In this document: one piece after another, positions 37,098 to 46,045 of the stretch
Numbering within the stretch: position 1 is the first letter of the stretch
Layout of the letters: the number at the start of each line of letters is the position of its first letter
From: an uncultured Alphaproteobacteria bacterium
GTDB lineage: Bacteria; Pseudomonadota; Alphaproteobacteria; RF32; CAG-239
Direction of reading: 5' to 3'
Length of the DNA stretch: 64,000 bases
NCBI GenBank assembly: GCA_964017825.1
Contig: CAXHMA010000001.1
Coordinates: forward strand, 83,928 to 147,927
The notes under the pieces: model-generated
What the model was told of the DNA's origin: nothing
Database searches by the model: none
The model's input: only the letters and a program-made list of their open reading frames with translations
Translations under genes and position numbers: made by a program

Positions 37098-39401
37098 TTA
37101 ATTTGAGCCCAAACCGCCCAAAGTTTTAAAGAAAAACGTCACGCCGATTTCATAGTCATTGTCAAGCGTCGGATCGTCATAATTATATTTCTTTACCGCA
37201 AACGAAAGCCGCAGACACTCGTCTTCATAGGTCAAATGACCGCCGTGCTCCAAAGAACCGCCGTGGTCAGTCAGGTCAATGCGGTCATAAATCCCGGCAG
37301 ACCAGTCCCGTGTCAATTTTGAGTTCAGCGACAAATAAAGCTCTTTGCGCGCATCGTTGACATAATACGAGTTCTGATTCGGCTGTAAATATATATACGA
37401 AGTATAAACATTAAATATATCGGTACCTAATCGTGCACCTAATTCATTATATTTCAGTTCAAAATTATCTTTATCCAGCCTGAATCGATAGTTCAAATCC
37501 AGATATTTATGCGGGCTGGCATACACACGCCCGACATAATCGGACAAACGGTCTTTTTCATTTACCGCGCGCATGAAAGAACTGTCATCCGAAAACTGGT
37601 ATGTCTGCGCCACAAATGCCGACGTGCGCCCCAGAATATCGCCGTACGAACTCCAATTCAAACCATAGCTGATACGGCTGCCGTCATCATTGCGGTCATA
37701 CCCGGCATAGCGGTCAAGGCTTAAAATATTGGTGTCGTCAAATTGCGCATCCACGCTGTCCGCATCGGGGATTTTTTCCGCATCATTATCATTTTTCGGC
37801 GCGAATGCCGCCACAATCACCGGCTCCAAAATCTGCCTGCTGTCGTCGCTTGCCCGTACAAACGGAAGCCGCCACTCCACGCCCGCCTGCGGAAAAATGC
37901 GTGCCAGGGTACCGTCATATTCCCTGTTCGGCCGATACATATAATCACTGACATAATACAAATCGGATTTAAGTGATGCGACAAATTTATATTGCTCGCC
38001 GTAACGGCTGGTATACGGCAGTTCCCACGAATTTATCATCGATGCCCGCTGCGATTCTTCGTCATTTTCCCGATAAACGGAAGCCGAGCTGAGATTGGTC
38101 TTGATATACGCGCCGTACTTATTCGGCGTACTGATATTTTCATATTCCATAAACGGGGCAACCAGCGGCTTACTTTTCATACGCGAACGGTATTCATCGG
38201 CATCAGCCATTTTTAAATTATAGCTCGTTAATTGGTAATGATACCCCTCTATTGCCGCATAATCGCGCCCTTCAAACCGTTCAAACGCCAGTTTGGAGGT
38301 CAGCCACGCATTGTCGCGCCCTGCCAGATTCAAATCTTTCAGATAAAACACGTCAGACGAATAATTAAAATCAAGATTGGCGACCCAATAGTCATTCAGC
38401 TCATACCGCGCATCCAGAAACAAATTGCCGCGGTGTTCCGGCCGGCTGAAACGCCGATACGGCACTTTTTCATAATTCTTGCCGTTATCTTCCAGATAGG
38501 TGCCTTCCATTTTGATATGACCGTTATAAAAATACTGCCGATACTGCCCGCCCAAAACAACATCACGGTCGGTTGTCAGATACGGCGAAAAGATAATATC
38601 CGTCTGATCCGAAATATCCCAGAAATACATCGGCTGCAAATACTGTCCGAGATAAGACGAACTTCCCATAGACGTCATCAGCAAACCGGAGCGGCGCTTA
38701 ACCTCAGGCGACGGATGACTTAAAAACGGCAGATAAAACACCGGAACATCTTTAATCCGTACCACCGCGTCATTATAGTTGATATTCTGCCCTTCCGCGT
38801 CATAGTTGACCTTGCGCGCGTCAATCTGCCACAAAGGCGAACGTCCCTCGCACATATCGCACGCCGTATAAGACGCATTGCGCATCTGTTTGTTGTCATT
38901 AGCTTTCTTAACAAATGAATCCGCCCAAATCCGCGTTTCATCGCGCATGATAACTTTGACTTTATTAATTGCCGCCCGGCTCATCTTGTCCGAAAGCTTG
39001 ATTTCATCGGTGTATAAAACGCTGCCGTCTTCTTCCACCAAAACAACATTGCCTTCCGCTGTAATCACATCACTGCGTTGATTATAATACATACGATCTG
39101 CGGTCAGCTGCAAATTTCCCCTTGTAACCACAACATTGCCTTTTGCCATAATCACGCCGTTATCTTCATTGGCTTCCAGCTCGTCTGCGGAAAAATAGAT
39201 TTCCATATCTTCTTCCGCCGTTTTCTTCTTCGTATTTAAAGCGGGAACAATATCCGTCATATTCCCCGGCGAAAACTCGGCTTTCGGAGACCTGACCGTA
39301 TCTTTGCGCACAATCGCGCCGGCATGCGGTTCGTTGACCGCCTGCGCGTTCACGGAAAGCAGTAAAAACGCTGCCATCACGGCACAAGAGCTACGCCTCA
39401 T
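37098..39401 (-). CDS. lptD: LPS-assembly outer membrane protein LptD.
   Basis: 767 aa; signal peptide, OstA N-domain, large beta-barrel with aromatic-rich strands. Confidence 0.85.
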   Translation of the reverse strand: MRRSSCAVMAAFLLLSVNAQAVNEPHAGAIVRKDTVRSPKAEFSPGNMTDIVPALNTKKKTAEEDMEIYFSADELEANEDNGVIMAKGNVVVTRGNLQLTADRMYYNQRSDVITAEGNVVLVEEDGSVLYTDEIKLSDKMSRAAINKVKVIMRDETRIWADSFVKKANDNKQMRNASYTACDMCEGRSPLWQIDARKVNYDAEGQNINYNDAVVRIKDVPVFYLPFLSHPSPEVKRRSGLLMTSMGSSSYLGQYLQPMYFWDISDQTDIIFSPYLTTDRDVVLGGQYRQYFYNGHIKMEGTYLEDNGKNYEKVPYRRFSRPEHRGNLFLDARYELNDYWVANLDFNYSSDVFYLKDLNLAGRDNAWLTSKLAFERFEGRDYAAIEGYHYQLTSYNLKMADADEYRSRMKSKPLVAPFMEYENISTPNKYGAYIKTNLSSASVYRENDEESQRASMINSWELPYTSRYGEQYKFVASLKSDLYYVSDYMYRPNREYDGTLARIFPQAGVEWRLPFVRASDDSRQILEPVIVAAFAPKNDNDAEKIPDADSVDAQFDDTNILSLDRYAGYDRNDDGSRISYGLNWSSYGDILGRTSAFVAQTYQFSDDSSFMRAVNEKDRLSDYVGRVYASPHKYLDLNYRFRLDKDNFELKYNELGARLGTDIFNVYTSYIYLQPNQNSYYVNDARKELYLSLNSKLTRDWSAGIYDRIDLTDHGGSLEHGGHLTYEDECLRLSFAVKKYNYDDPTLDNDYEIGVTFFFKTLGGLGSN

Positions 39402-40509
39402 CCGCCGCCTCCTTTCTTTTGCGTCTGAAAACCGGTGTTCTGTACAAAAGATACCCCGTAATTAAAAGCGGCAGCAAACAGTTAATATACATCAACACAA
39501 CCACCCATTCGTGTTTGCGCGCGACATTGGCAAACGTCATATCCATCGCCTGCACGAAAATCATCGCCAAAATAGAGATAAGGATAACCCTCCCCTGCCC
39601 GCGGCGGTTGAAATTCGCAATCAGCAGTCCCGTACAGGCCAGCAGTGCAAACACCAGATTATACAGCGGCGCCAAAATCCGCCTGTGTGCCTCTGCTTTA
39701 AACGCCCGCGCTTCTTTTTCCGGCGTTTCGGGCTTCGCAGCTTCGGCAAAAAGCTCGCTGATACTGCGCTCGCGCACACCTTTATTTTTGCGTTTCGCCA
39801 CCGATATATCGCCGAAATCCACAACGTAATCATCAAATGTCATGGACGAAAACTGCCCGCTTTTGCGGTTCATGACCTGACGCGTCCCGTTTTTAAGCAA
39901 AATCTTCGGCCCCGAGTCCGTATATTCCAGCTTGCCGCTTTCCGCCACCGTAATCACTTTTTCCTGCGGCTTTTTGCCGTCGCTGACCAATATCCCTTTT
40001 ACCGTACCGTCATCTTTAAACTCGTCAACAAATATGGTCATATTGTTTTTAAATGAAGTAAACGCCCCTTCACGCAGCATCATTTTCGTAAAGCTGTTTT
40101 TAACCTCAAATTCCAAATCATGAAACTTCTTTTCCGCCGCCGGAATGCCGACATTCAAAACAAACACATTGAACAGCGCCAGCGCAATCCCGACGATTAT
40201 TGCCGCCCGCGCAATCAAAACCGAACTGATGCCGACCGCTTTCATAACAATCAATTCGCTGTCCGTAATCAGGCGGTTATAAACAAACATCACTGCCACA
40301 AACAGCGCAATCGGCGACAGAATGGCAAAAACGCGCGGCATCAACAGACTCGTCATCTCCACAAACAGATACACGGGCAGCCCTTTGTCAGTGACCATTT
40401 CCACAAACCGAAGCGACTGCGTCAGCCACAGCATGGACATCAGCGACAGCGCCACCAACAGAAACCCTGTCATAATCTGTTTGGTTATATAAACATCAAG
40501 TTTTTTCAT
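39391..40509 (-). CDS. LptF/LptG family LPS export permease.
   Basis: YjgP/YjgQ architecture: 3 TM, periplasmic beta-jellyroll, 3 TM; 11-nt overlap with lptD. Confidence 0.8.
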   Translation of the reverse strand: MKKLDVYITKQIMTGFLLVALSLMSMLWLTQSLRFVEMVTDKGLPVYLFVEMTSLLMPRVFAILSPIALFVAVMFVYNRLITDSELIVMKAVGISSVLIARAAIIVGIALALFNVFVLNVGIPAAEKKFHDLEFEVKNSFTKMMLREGAFTSFKNNMTIFVDEFKDDGTVKGILVSDGKKPQEKVITVAESGKLEYTDSGPKILLKNGTRQVMNRKSGQFSSMTFDDYVVDFGDISVAKRKNKGVRERSISELFAEAAKPETPEKEARAFKAEAHRRILAPLYNLVFALLACTGLLIANFNRRGQGRVILISILAMIFVQAMDMTFANVARKHEWVVVLMYINCLLPLLITGYLLYRTPVFRRKRKEAADEA

Positions 40510-40685
40510 AAATCCAAAGTTAGCTTATTAAAACTTAAATTTCAAACTTTATTTTTATAAACTCTCCGTTTAAAATTCATTAAGAAAATCATTTAAATTA
40601 AAATATTTAGAATGTAAAAACCGCATATAACATCCTCGCGCAAAAAACCGCCCGCCGCCCTGCAATCAAACCGGCGGGCTTTTTG

Positions 40686-41009
40686 TTACTCAACAGCTTC
40701 GGTACTTGTCTCCGCTGGCGGCTCACTGCCGTATTTCAAACCCAGCGTCGGCGCATTCTCTAAACGAAGAGCCAGCGTCTTACCGTAAAAATCCAGCAAT
40801 ATCTCCACGGCTCCCCAGTGTGGCTTTTCTTTGGCGAGTTCCACCTCCTCAATCGTCCGTTCCGCCAGCCCTGTCTTGTCGCTGACCAACGTCAACCGCA
40901 GCCGACGCCGTTGCCGCTCTGCAAACAACGCCTGCCCGACCAGCTGACGCATATGCCGACAGCAAATCTCGCCGTTGCGCATAAAGTTACTAAATTCCTC
41001 ACTATTCAT
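40686..41009 (-). CDS. Small XRE-type helix-turn-helix protein (107 aa), paralog of 15922..16197.
   Basis: HTH LVSDKTGLAERTIEEVE; same upstream Rep2 module. Confidence 0.55.
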   Translation of the reverse strand: MNSEEFSNFMRNGEICCRHMRQLVGQALFAERQRRRLRLTLVSDKTGLAERTIEEVELAKEKPHWGAVEILLDFYGKTLALRLENAPTLGLKYGSEPPAETSTEAVE

Positions 41010-41010
41010 G

Positions 41011-41235
41011 ATTTTTTACTCCTTGTTTAAGTTAAAACAAAAGGCGCTTAAAAGCGCCAGGGAGTTCAGAAATCACCAAAATATGACTCTCTTAGCCTTC
41101 AATATATAGCCAAGAGCTCCCTGACTTATTATCAAGGAAAAATTATTTTGGAGAGCCTCTGACAGCCCTGACGGTGTCTCCACCGACAAAAGGAAGTATA
41201 AGGGAAGAATTATAAAAGTAAAGTTAATTTTTACT
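41011..41235 (-). repeat. Rep2 copy B (conserved structured upstream module of HTH gene).
   Basis: About 90% identical to 16198..16427 including GGCGCTTTTAAGCGCC hairpin + T-run and nested inverted repeats. Confidence 0.7.
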
Positions 41236-41517
41236 CTACGCCAAAAGACCAAAAGTAGAACAAATTTCTTGACAATAAAACCAAAGTTTTATATAACAAA
41301 AAAGCCTTGACGCGGCAACGTCTCGGCTTTTACTAACTACGGAAAGGAGTTGAACTCCCAACTTCCTACCTGATGTTAGGAAGTATAGCATAAAAATAAT
41401 AAAAGTCAACAGCTTTTTATTTTTATGTGGTAGTCAGCGTCTTTCCCAACCGCCCAAACGGGCTGAAAGACGGCCGCAACAAAAAGTGCTATAATGCACT
41501 TTTTATAAGGAGACGCA

Positions 41518-41652
41518 ATGAGGCTCAGCTTTGTGAACAAGGCGACAGCCGAAGTGAAACAAAGCGCTTGCCGGAATTGGATGTTTGATACAGTCAAAGT
41601 TTTAAGCATTCTGATTTTGATGCTTAAAATCATCATTGTCATTATAAGATAA
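41518..41652 (+). CDS. Candidate small hydrophobic peptide (44 aa: MRLSFVNKATAEVKQSACRNWMFDTVKVLSILILMLKIIIVIIR), type-I-toxin-like.
   Basis: TATAAT at 41490, AAGGAG RBS 7 nt before ATG, intrinsic terminator 41660..41694 (GGCGGAGCTTGTCAACTCCGCC+T-run). Confidence 0.35.
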   Translation: MRLSFVNKATAEVKQSACRNWMFDTVKVLSILILMLKIIIVIIR

Positions 41653-41754
41653 CTGATGAGGCGGAGCTTGTCAACTCCGCCCTTTGATTTTTACTCTGCC
41701 ACATCTCTCACTCTGACGGATTGTTAGGCGAGAAAGTGCTGTGCTGAAAGCAAA

Positions 41755-41940
41755 AGTCCCCTCCCAAACCGCAGCGTACATTTTAAAGGCAACAAGTTGC
41801 CCGTGAGCCGGCCGAAGTCAGGCCTCGTATTGTGCTGCAAATTGCGAAATAGCCGCGGATGTCCCCCGAGGAGCACGAATGTACATAGAAGTACATGACG
41901 CGACGAAGAGGGGCTTCCATCCGCAAGCTAGTTCACAATT
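41755..41940 (+). repeat. Rep1 copy E (1.5 units) abutting grpE stop codon.
   Basis: CCGCAGCGTACAT partial unit then AAATTGCGAAATAGCCGCGGATGTCC, core GAATGTACATAGAAGTACATG, tail GGCTTCCATCCGCAAGCTAGTTCACAA. Confidence 0.75.
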
Positions 41941-42480
41941 TTATCGTGCAACAACGACCATTGCTTCGCGAAGAATGCGGTCATGTATGGTATACCCCGC
42001 CTGTAATTCGGCTAAAATGGTACCGGGTTCGGCTTTTTTGTCTTCCACTTCTTGGACGACGCGTTCAAAGTTGGGGTCAAATATCTCTCCGATATGATTG
42101 AAACGTTTGATGCCGAATTTTTCAAACACTTTGGTTAATTCGTTTTGTGTCAGCTCCACGCCTTTGAGCAGGTCGGCGCACGCCTGTTCGTTGCCGGACA
42201 TGGCGGTAACCGCGCGCTCCAGATTGTCGGCGACACCTAGTAGCTCTTTGGCAAAAGATGAAATGGCAAATTTAATTGTTTTTTCGGTTTCCTGCTGCAC
42301 GCGTTTTTTCATGTTATCCATTTCGGCATACAGGCGGAGATAGTCGTCTCTAAGCTTATTATATTCTTCTATGCTTTTGGTTTCTTCCGCAGCGTCCTCT
42401 TCGGCTTCAGCGCAAACTTCTTCCTCTGCCGGCAGTTCGTCCTCGGGATTATTTTTCAACTCTTCGTTTTCAGTGCTCAT
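41941..42480 (-). CDS. grpE: Nucleotide exchange factor GrpE.
   Basis: Acidic N-tail, LRLYAEMDNMKKR, C-terminal beta domain. Confidence 0.9.
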   Translation of the reverse strand: MSTENEELKNNPEDELPAEEEVCAEAEEDAAEETKSIEEYNKLRDDYLRLYAEMDNMKKRVQQETEKTIKFAISSFAKELLGVADNLERAVTAMSGNEQACADLLKGVELTQNELTKVFEKFGIKRFNHIGEIFDPNFERVVQEVEDKKAEPGTILAELQAGYTIHDRILREAMVVVAR

Positions 42481-42573
42481 TTGACCCTCTGTAATTAAAA
42501 AAATATATCTGTCATAGATTTAGGGATTAAAAACAGTTAAGTCAAGCCTTGAAAACATTTTACGCCAAACAAA

Positions 42574-42945
42574 CTACCTGCCGAGCAAATGATGTTTATG
42601 ATGCGGCCCCCATATGTCATAAGCCAAACGTGCGGCAGCCGCTCCGCTCAAAAAATATATAAAGTTCTGCATAACGTCGCGTAAATATGAATGGCAGCAA
42701 TTCTCTCTTTGCGCCTGCTTCCATACCGCATATTTATATGCCGGCGAAACAACAACAGGCGCCCGGACAGGCTGTGGCGCCTCATGCCAAGCAGGCAAAG
42801 CAGAAATAACTCTCACCTCTTCGACTTCATCCTTTGCTGCCTCATACCCCGCCGGTGCTGTCGTAATCATCTCCATATAACTGTTGGCAAACGCCTGCGC
42901 GGGCAACAGCAAAACTGTCAACATAAACAAAGTCCGCATACGCAT
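42574..42945 (-). CDS. Secreted hypothetical protein with His-rich C-terminus (…GPHHKHHLLGR).
   Basis: Signal peptide MRMRTLFMLTVLLLPAQAFA; overlaps upstream gene start/stop. Confidence 0.45.
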   Translation of the reverse strand: MRMRTLFMLTVLLLPAQAFANSYMEMITTAPAGYEAAKDEVEEVRVISALPAWHEAPQPVRAPVVVSPAYKYAVWKQAQRENCCHSYLRDVMQNFIYFLSGAAAARLAYDIWGPHHKHHLLGR

Positions 42946-43349
42946 TACCACCGGTGATGCCACGGACGCCCCCAACGATGCGGACGCCAACCCCGTCTGT
43001 GATGATGGTGATGATAGCCGCCGTAAATCAGTCCGCCGACAACCGCCGTCGTTACCCCCGCTGCCAACGCGGCATTGGTCACATCCCTGTCGTAATAATA
43101 ACTGTTTTGAATAACAGGCGATTCTCTGACCACAGTCATCGGCGGCACCACAACCGTCGTCGGTGCTGTTGTAGTGGTAGTTGTCGATGTGGTTTTAACC
43201 GCTGTCGGTGCCGGCGTATCAAACGTGGAAGGAACGGTAAACATCTGACGTACCACGCGCCCCTCGCCGTCTATCACCACAATAGATTCAGCCTGAACAT
43301 TACCGGCCGCCAGCAGGCAAAGCCCGAACAAATAAATCACTTTTCTCAT
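42945..43349 (-). CDS. Secreted protein with Thr-rich linker, glycine-zipper segment and His/Arg/Trp-rich tail (GGYHHHHHRRGWRPHRWGRPWHHRW).
   Basis: Signal peptide MRKVIYLFGLCLLAAGNVQA; AALAAGVTTAVVGGLIYGG glycine zipper. Confidence 0.5.
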   Translation of the reverse strand: MRKVIYLFGLCLLAAGNVQAESIVVIDGEGRVVRQMFTVPSTFDTPAPTAVKTTSTTTTTTAPTTVVVPPMTVVRESPVIQNSYYYDRDVTNAALAAGVTTAVVGGLIYGGYHHHHHRRGWRPHRWGRPWHHRW

Positions 43350-43615
43350 TTTAACCTCGCTTTTAATTAACATACATACTAATATGTATATATTAATTTA
43401 TTTTGCAAGCACTTTTTTCAAAAATATACACAAATTTTGAAAATCCGTTTTCCTGTAAAAAAAAATATTATTTTTATTATATAATATATATATTTCTTTT
43501 GGTTCTTTTCTTTTAGATACAGCGTCGGTTAAGCGTCGGTGTAAAAAGTATAGCGACGCTGAAACAGCGATAAAAAAACGGAGCCCGAAGCCCCGTTTTT
43601 CCGATACCGCCTTAA

Positions 43616-44473
43616 TTAAGCAGCTTTATAATTTGCCATTAAAAGCTTTAACACGCGGTCAAGCGTTTCTTTCAAATCTTTGCGTTCAACCACAATGTCC
43701 ACCATACCGTGCTCTTTGAGATATTCCGCCGTCTGGAATCCGTCCGGCAGCTTTTCACGAATGGTTTGCTCAATCACACGCTTGCCTGCAAAACCGATTG
43801 TCGCGCCGCGCTCGGCAATATGGATGTCGCCGATCATCGCAAAAGACGCCGAAACACCGCCGGTCGTCGGATCCGAAAAAATAGAGATATACGGCAGACC
43901 TTTTTCTTTTAAGCGATTAATTGCCGCCGTCGTCCGCGCCATCTGCATGAGTGAAAGCATGCCTTCCTGCATTCTGGCACCGCCCGAAGCGCTGACAATC
44001 ACGAGCGGACAGTTATGGTCGCAGGCATATTCCGCCGCCGAAACGATTCCTTCGCCGACAGCCGTTCCCATGGATCCGCCCATAAACGAGAAATCCATCG
44101 CAGCCACGACCGTATCAATCCCGCCGGCTTTGCCCACGCCGACTTTAATCGCGTCATTATTGCCGGTTTTCTTTCGGTAAACTTTCAATCTGTCCGTATA
44201 ACGCTGCGTATCCTTAAACTTTAACGGGTCTTCCTTAACGCTGGGCAGAGACAGCGTCATATAAATACCGTCGTCAAACAGCTGCTTCAAGCGCTTGTCA
44301 ACATAAAGCCTCAGATGGTGTCCGCACTTGGTGCAGACATACAAAGACTGTTTCAATTCTTTTGAAAACAGCATCTGCCCGCATTCGGGGCATTTAACCC
44401 ACAAATCGTCAGAAATTTCTTTCGGTGTCGTTTTCTTGATTTTCGGTCTGACAATATCTGTTAACCAGTTCAT
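43616..44473 (-). CDS. accD: Acetyl-CoA carboxylase carboxyltransferase beta subunit.
   Basis: Zn-ribbon CPECGQ...CTKCGHH; CoA carboxyltransferase domain. Confidence 0.95.
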   Translation of the reverse strand: MNWLTDIVRPKIKKTTPKEISDDLWVKCPECGQMLFSKELKQSLYVCTKCGHHLRLYVDKRLKQLFDDGIYMTLSLPSVKEDPLKFKDTQRYTDRLKVYRKKTGNNDAIKVGVGKAGGIDTVVAAMDFSFMGGSMGTAVGEGIVSAAEYACDHNCPLVIVSASGGARMQEGMLSLMQMARTTAAINRLKEKGLPYISIFSDPTTGGVSASFAMIGDIHIAERGATIGFAGKRVIEQTIREKLPDGFQTAEYLKEHGMVDIVVERKDLKETLDRVLKLLMANYKAA

Positions 44474-44493
44474 TTTTTAGCCTCTTTTTATTA

Positions 44494-44886
44494 TTAATCT
44501 TCATTTGCGGATTTGGAAAACCACCCTTTGATTTTCCTGTTCAAAGAAAAGCCGGTTCCTTTGTCTGCTTTATCTGCTTCTTCCTGCAAAGTCGTAATCT
44601 GTTGGTTGAGCTTTTCATGCTCATGGTTAAGTTTTTCGTGTTCTTTGGAAAGGGCTTTATTTTGTTTCTTCTGCTGACGCAGTGTCGCGCGCAGCGGCGC
44701 GTAGGCAGACCATGCCGAAAGCCGTCCGAAAAAATACCCCAGACAGAACAATACGAAATAAACGACGCTGACGGCAATCTTCAAATCAGGAACAGGCCAT
44801 AGCGCCACCAATTCGTTATTTTGCACCAAAAACATAACGAACGCCGTCAACAACGGAAGCATAATCAATATTTTCAAAAGCCACAT
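44494..44886 (-). CDS. LapA-like (DUF1049) inner-membrane protein with coiled-coil tail.
   Basis: Two N-terminal TM helices then KEHEKLNHEHEKLNQQITTLQEE coiled coil; downstream of ihfB. Confidence 0.4.
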   Translation of the reverse strand: MWLLKILIMLPLLTAFVMFLVQNNELVALWPVPDLKIAVSVVYFVLFCLGYFFGRLSAWSAYAPLRATLRQQKKQNKALSKEHEKLNHEHEKLNQQITTLQEEADKADKGTGFSLNRKIKGWFSKSANED

Positions 44887-44913
44887 ATCCGTCTCCTCTA
44901 AAAATAATGCGGA

Positions 44914-45195
44914 TTAGTTTTCATTCAGTTTTTCATGAAATTCTTTACCGACCCTGAAATGGACAATATTGCGGTCACCGATGCTGACTTTGGCGCCTGT
45001 TCTCGGATTCTGCGCAATACGCGGCGCACGCTTATGGATTGAGAAAACGCCGAACCCGCGGAATTCCACTCTGTCGCCTTTGGCCAATGCCGAAACAATG
45101 CTTGAAAAAATAACGCTGACAATCCGTTCAATTTCGCTGATCATCAGATTCGGATTTTTCTTGGCAATATTTTCTATTAATTCAGATCTAGTCAC
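44914..45195 (-). CDS. ihfB: Integration host factor beta subunit (HU/IHF family).
   Basis: RGFGVFSIHKRAPRIAQNPRTGAKV arm motif. Confidence 0.8.
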   Translation of the reverse strand: MTRSELIENIAKKNPNLMISEIERIVSVIFSSIVSALAKGDRVEFRGFGVFSIHKRAPRIAQNPRTGAKVSIGDRNIVHFRVGKEFHEKLNEN

Positions 45196-45271
45196 GATAT
45201 ACCTCTTTCAATAAAAATAATTATTATTCAACGGTTAGCACCGATTTTGCAACATAGCTATAAAATTTTAA

Positions 45272-45928
45272 TCATTTTACACAAGCGTCTGTACCTCTTA
45301 TATACAATGGCTTGGGAAAATCAAGGGTTTTCTCAAAATATTTTTCCCTCGCAACGGCAAACAGCGCCTCCGTATTTATCATATCCGCAAGTTCCACCTG
45401 CTTTATTTGCAGCCCCGAAGAGACCGACAAAAACCGTTCAACGCCGTCGCCGATAAAACTTGTTTGATGGCTTTTCAGCTTTTTGATAATATCTTCGCGC
45501 ATCAGTGCCGCAGCCTCGCTAACTCTTTTTAAATTCTCGTCAAACAGCTGAAAATAAAAATCCTCGCGCTTTGTCTCAATAATCACCGCGTTATAACACG
45601 CCCTGTCTTCTTTCTTTAACATATGGGCATACGCTTCAAAAGCAGACACGCCGGTCAATTTCGTCTCGGGCGCCCCGATTCCCAAACCGCGCGCGAACGC
45701 CAGCCCGGCGCGCACGCCCGTAAACGACCCCGGTCCCGTACAAACACCCAAAAGCCCGATATCCTTAAAACGAAGGCCTTGTCTGTCAAGCATTTGTTTT
45801 ACACCCGAAGCCAATTCTTCCGCCTGCCCGAATTCCATTGATTTCTCACATTTATCCAAAAGCGTATCGTCTTTATAAATGCCGAGGCAGACGCCGAAAC
45901 CCGTCGTATCAAAAACCATTGTATACAT
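45272..45928 (-). CDS. tsaB: tRNA t6A biosynthesis protein TsaB.
   Basis: Inactive Kae1/YeaZ fold; GPGSFTGVR motif. Confidence 0.8.
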   Translation of the reverse strand: MYTMVFDTTGFGVCLGIYKDDTLLDKCEKSMEFGQAEELASGVKQMLDRQGLRFKDIGLLGVCTGPGSFTGVRAGLAFARGLGIGAPETKLTGVSAFEAYAHMLKKEDRACYNAVIIETKREDFYFQLFDENLKRVSEAAALMREDIIKKLKSHQTSFIGDGVERFLSVSSGLQIKQVELADMINTEALFAVAREKYFEKTLDFPKPLYIRGTDACVK

Positions 45929-46045
45929 CTTTGTTTACTCTTTCAATTTTTAATTTGCTATCGCAGGACTTATGTCTTAAAAAAGGCTATATACCAAAAT
46001 AAATAAACAGACAACCTTTATTTTCGGCTCTTGAAAGAAAACGCG

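Noticed and set aside
38232-38723. 163-aa ORF antisense in lptD; also 40120..40560 (146 aa) antisense in lptF/G
   Set aside because: Embedded in conserved genes on the opposite strand.
41406-41642. 78-aa minus-strand ORF opposite the small + strand peptide
   Set aside because: No RBS; covers the promoter/terminator of the better-supported + strand ORF.
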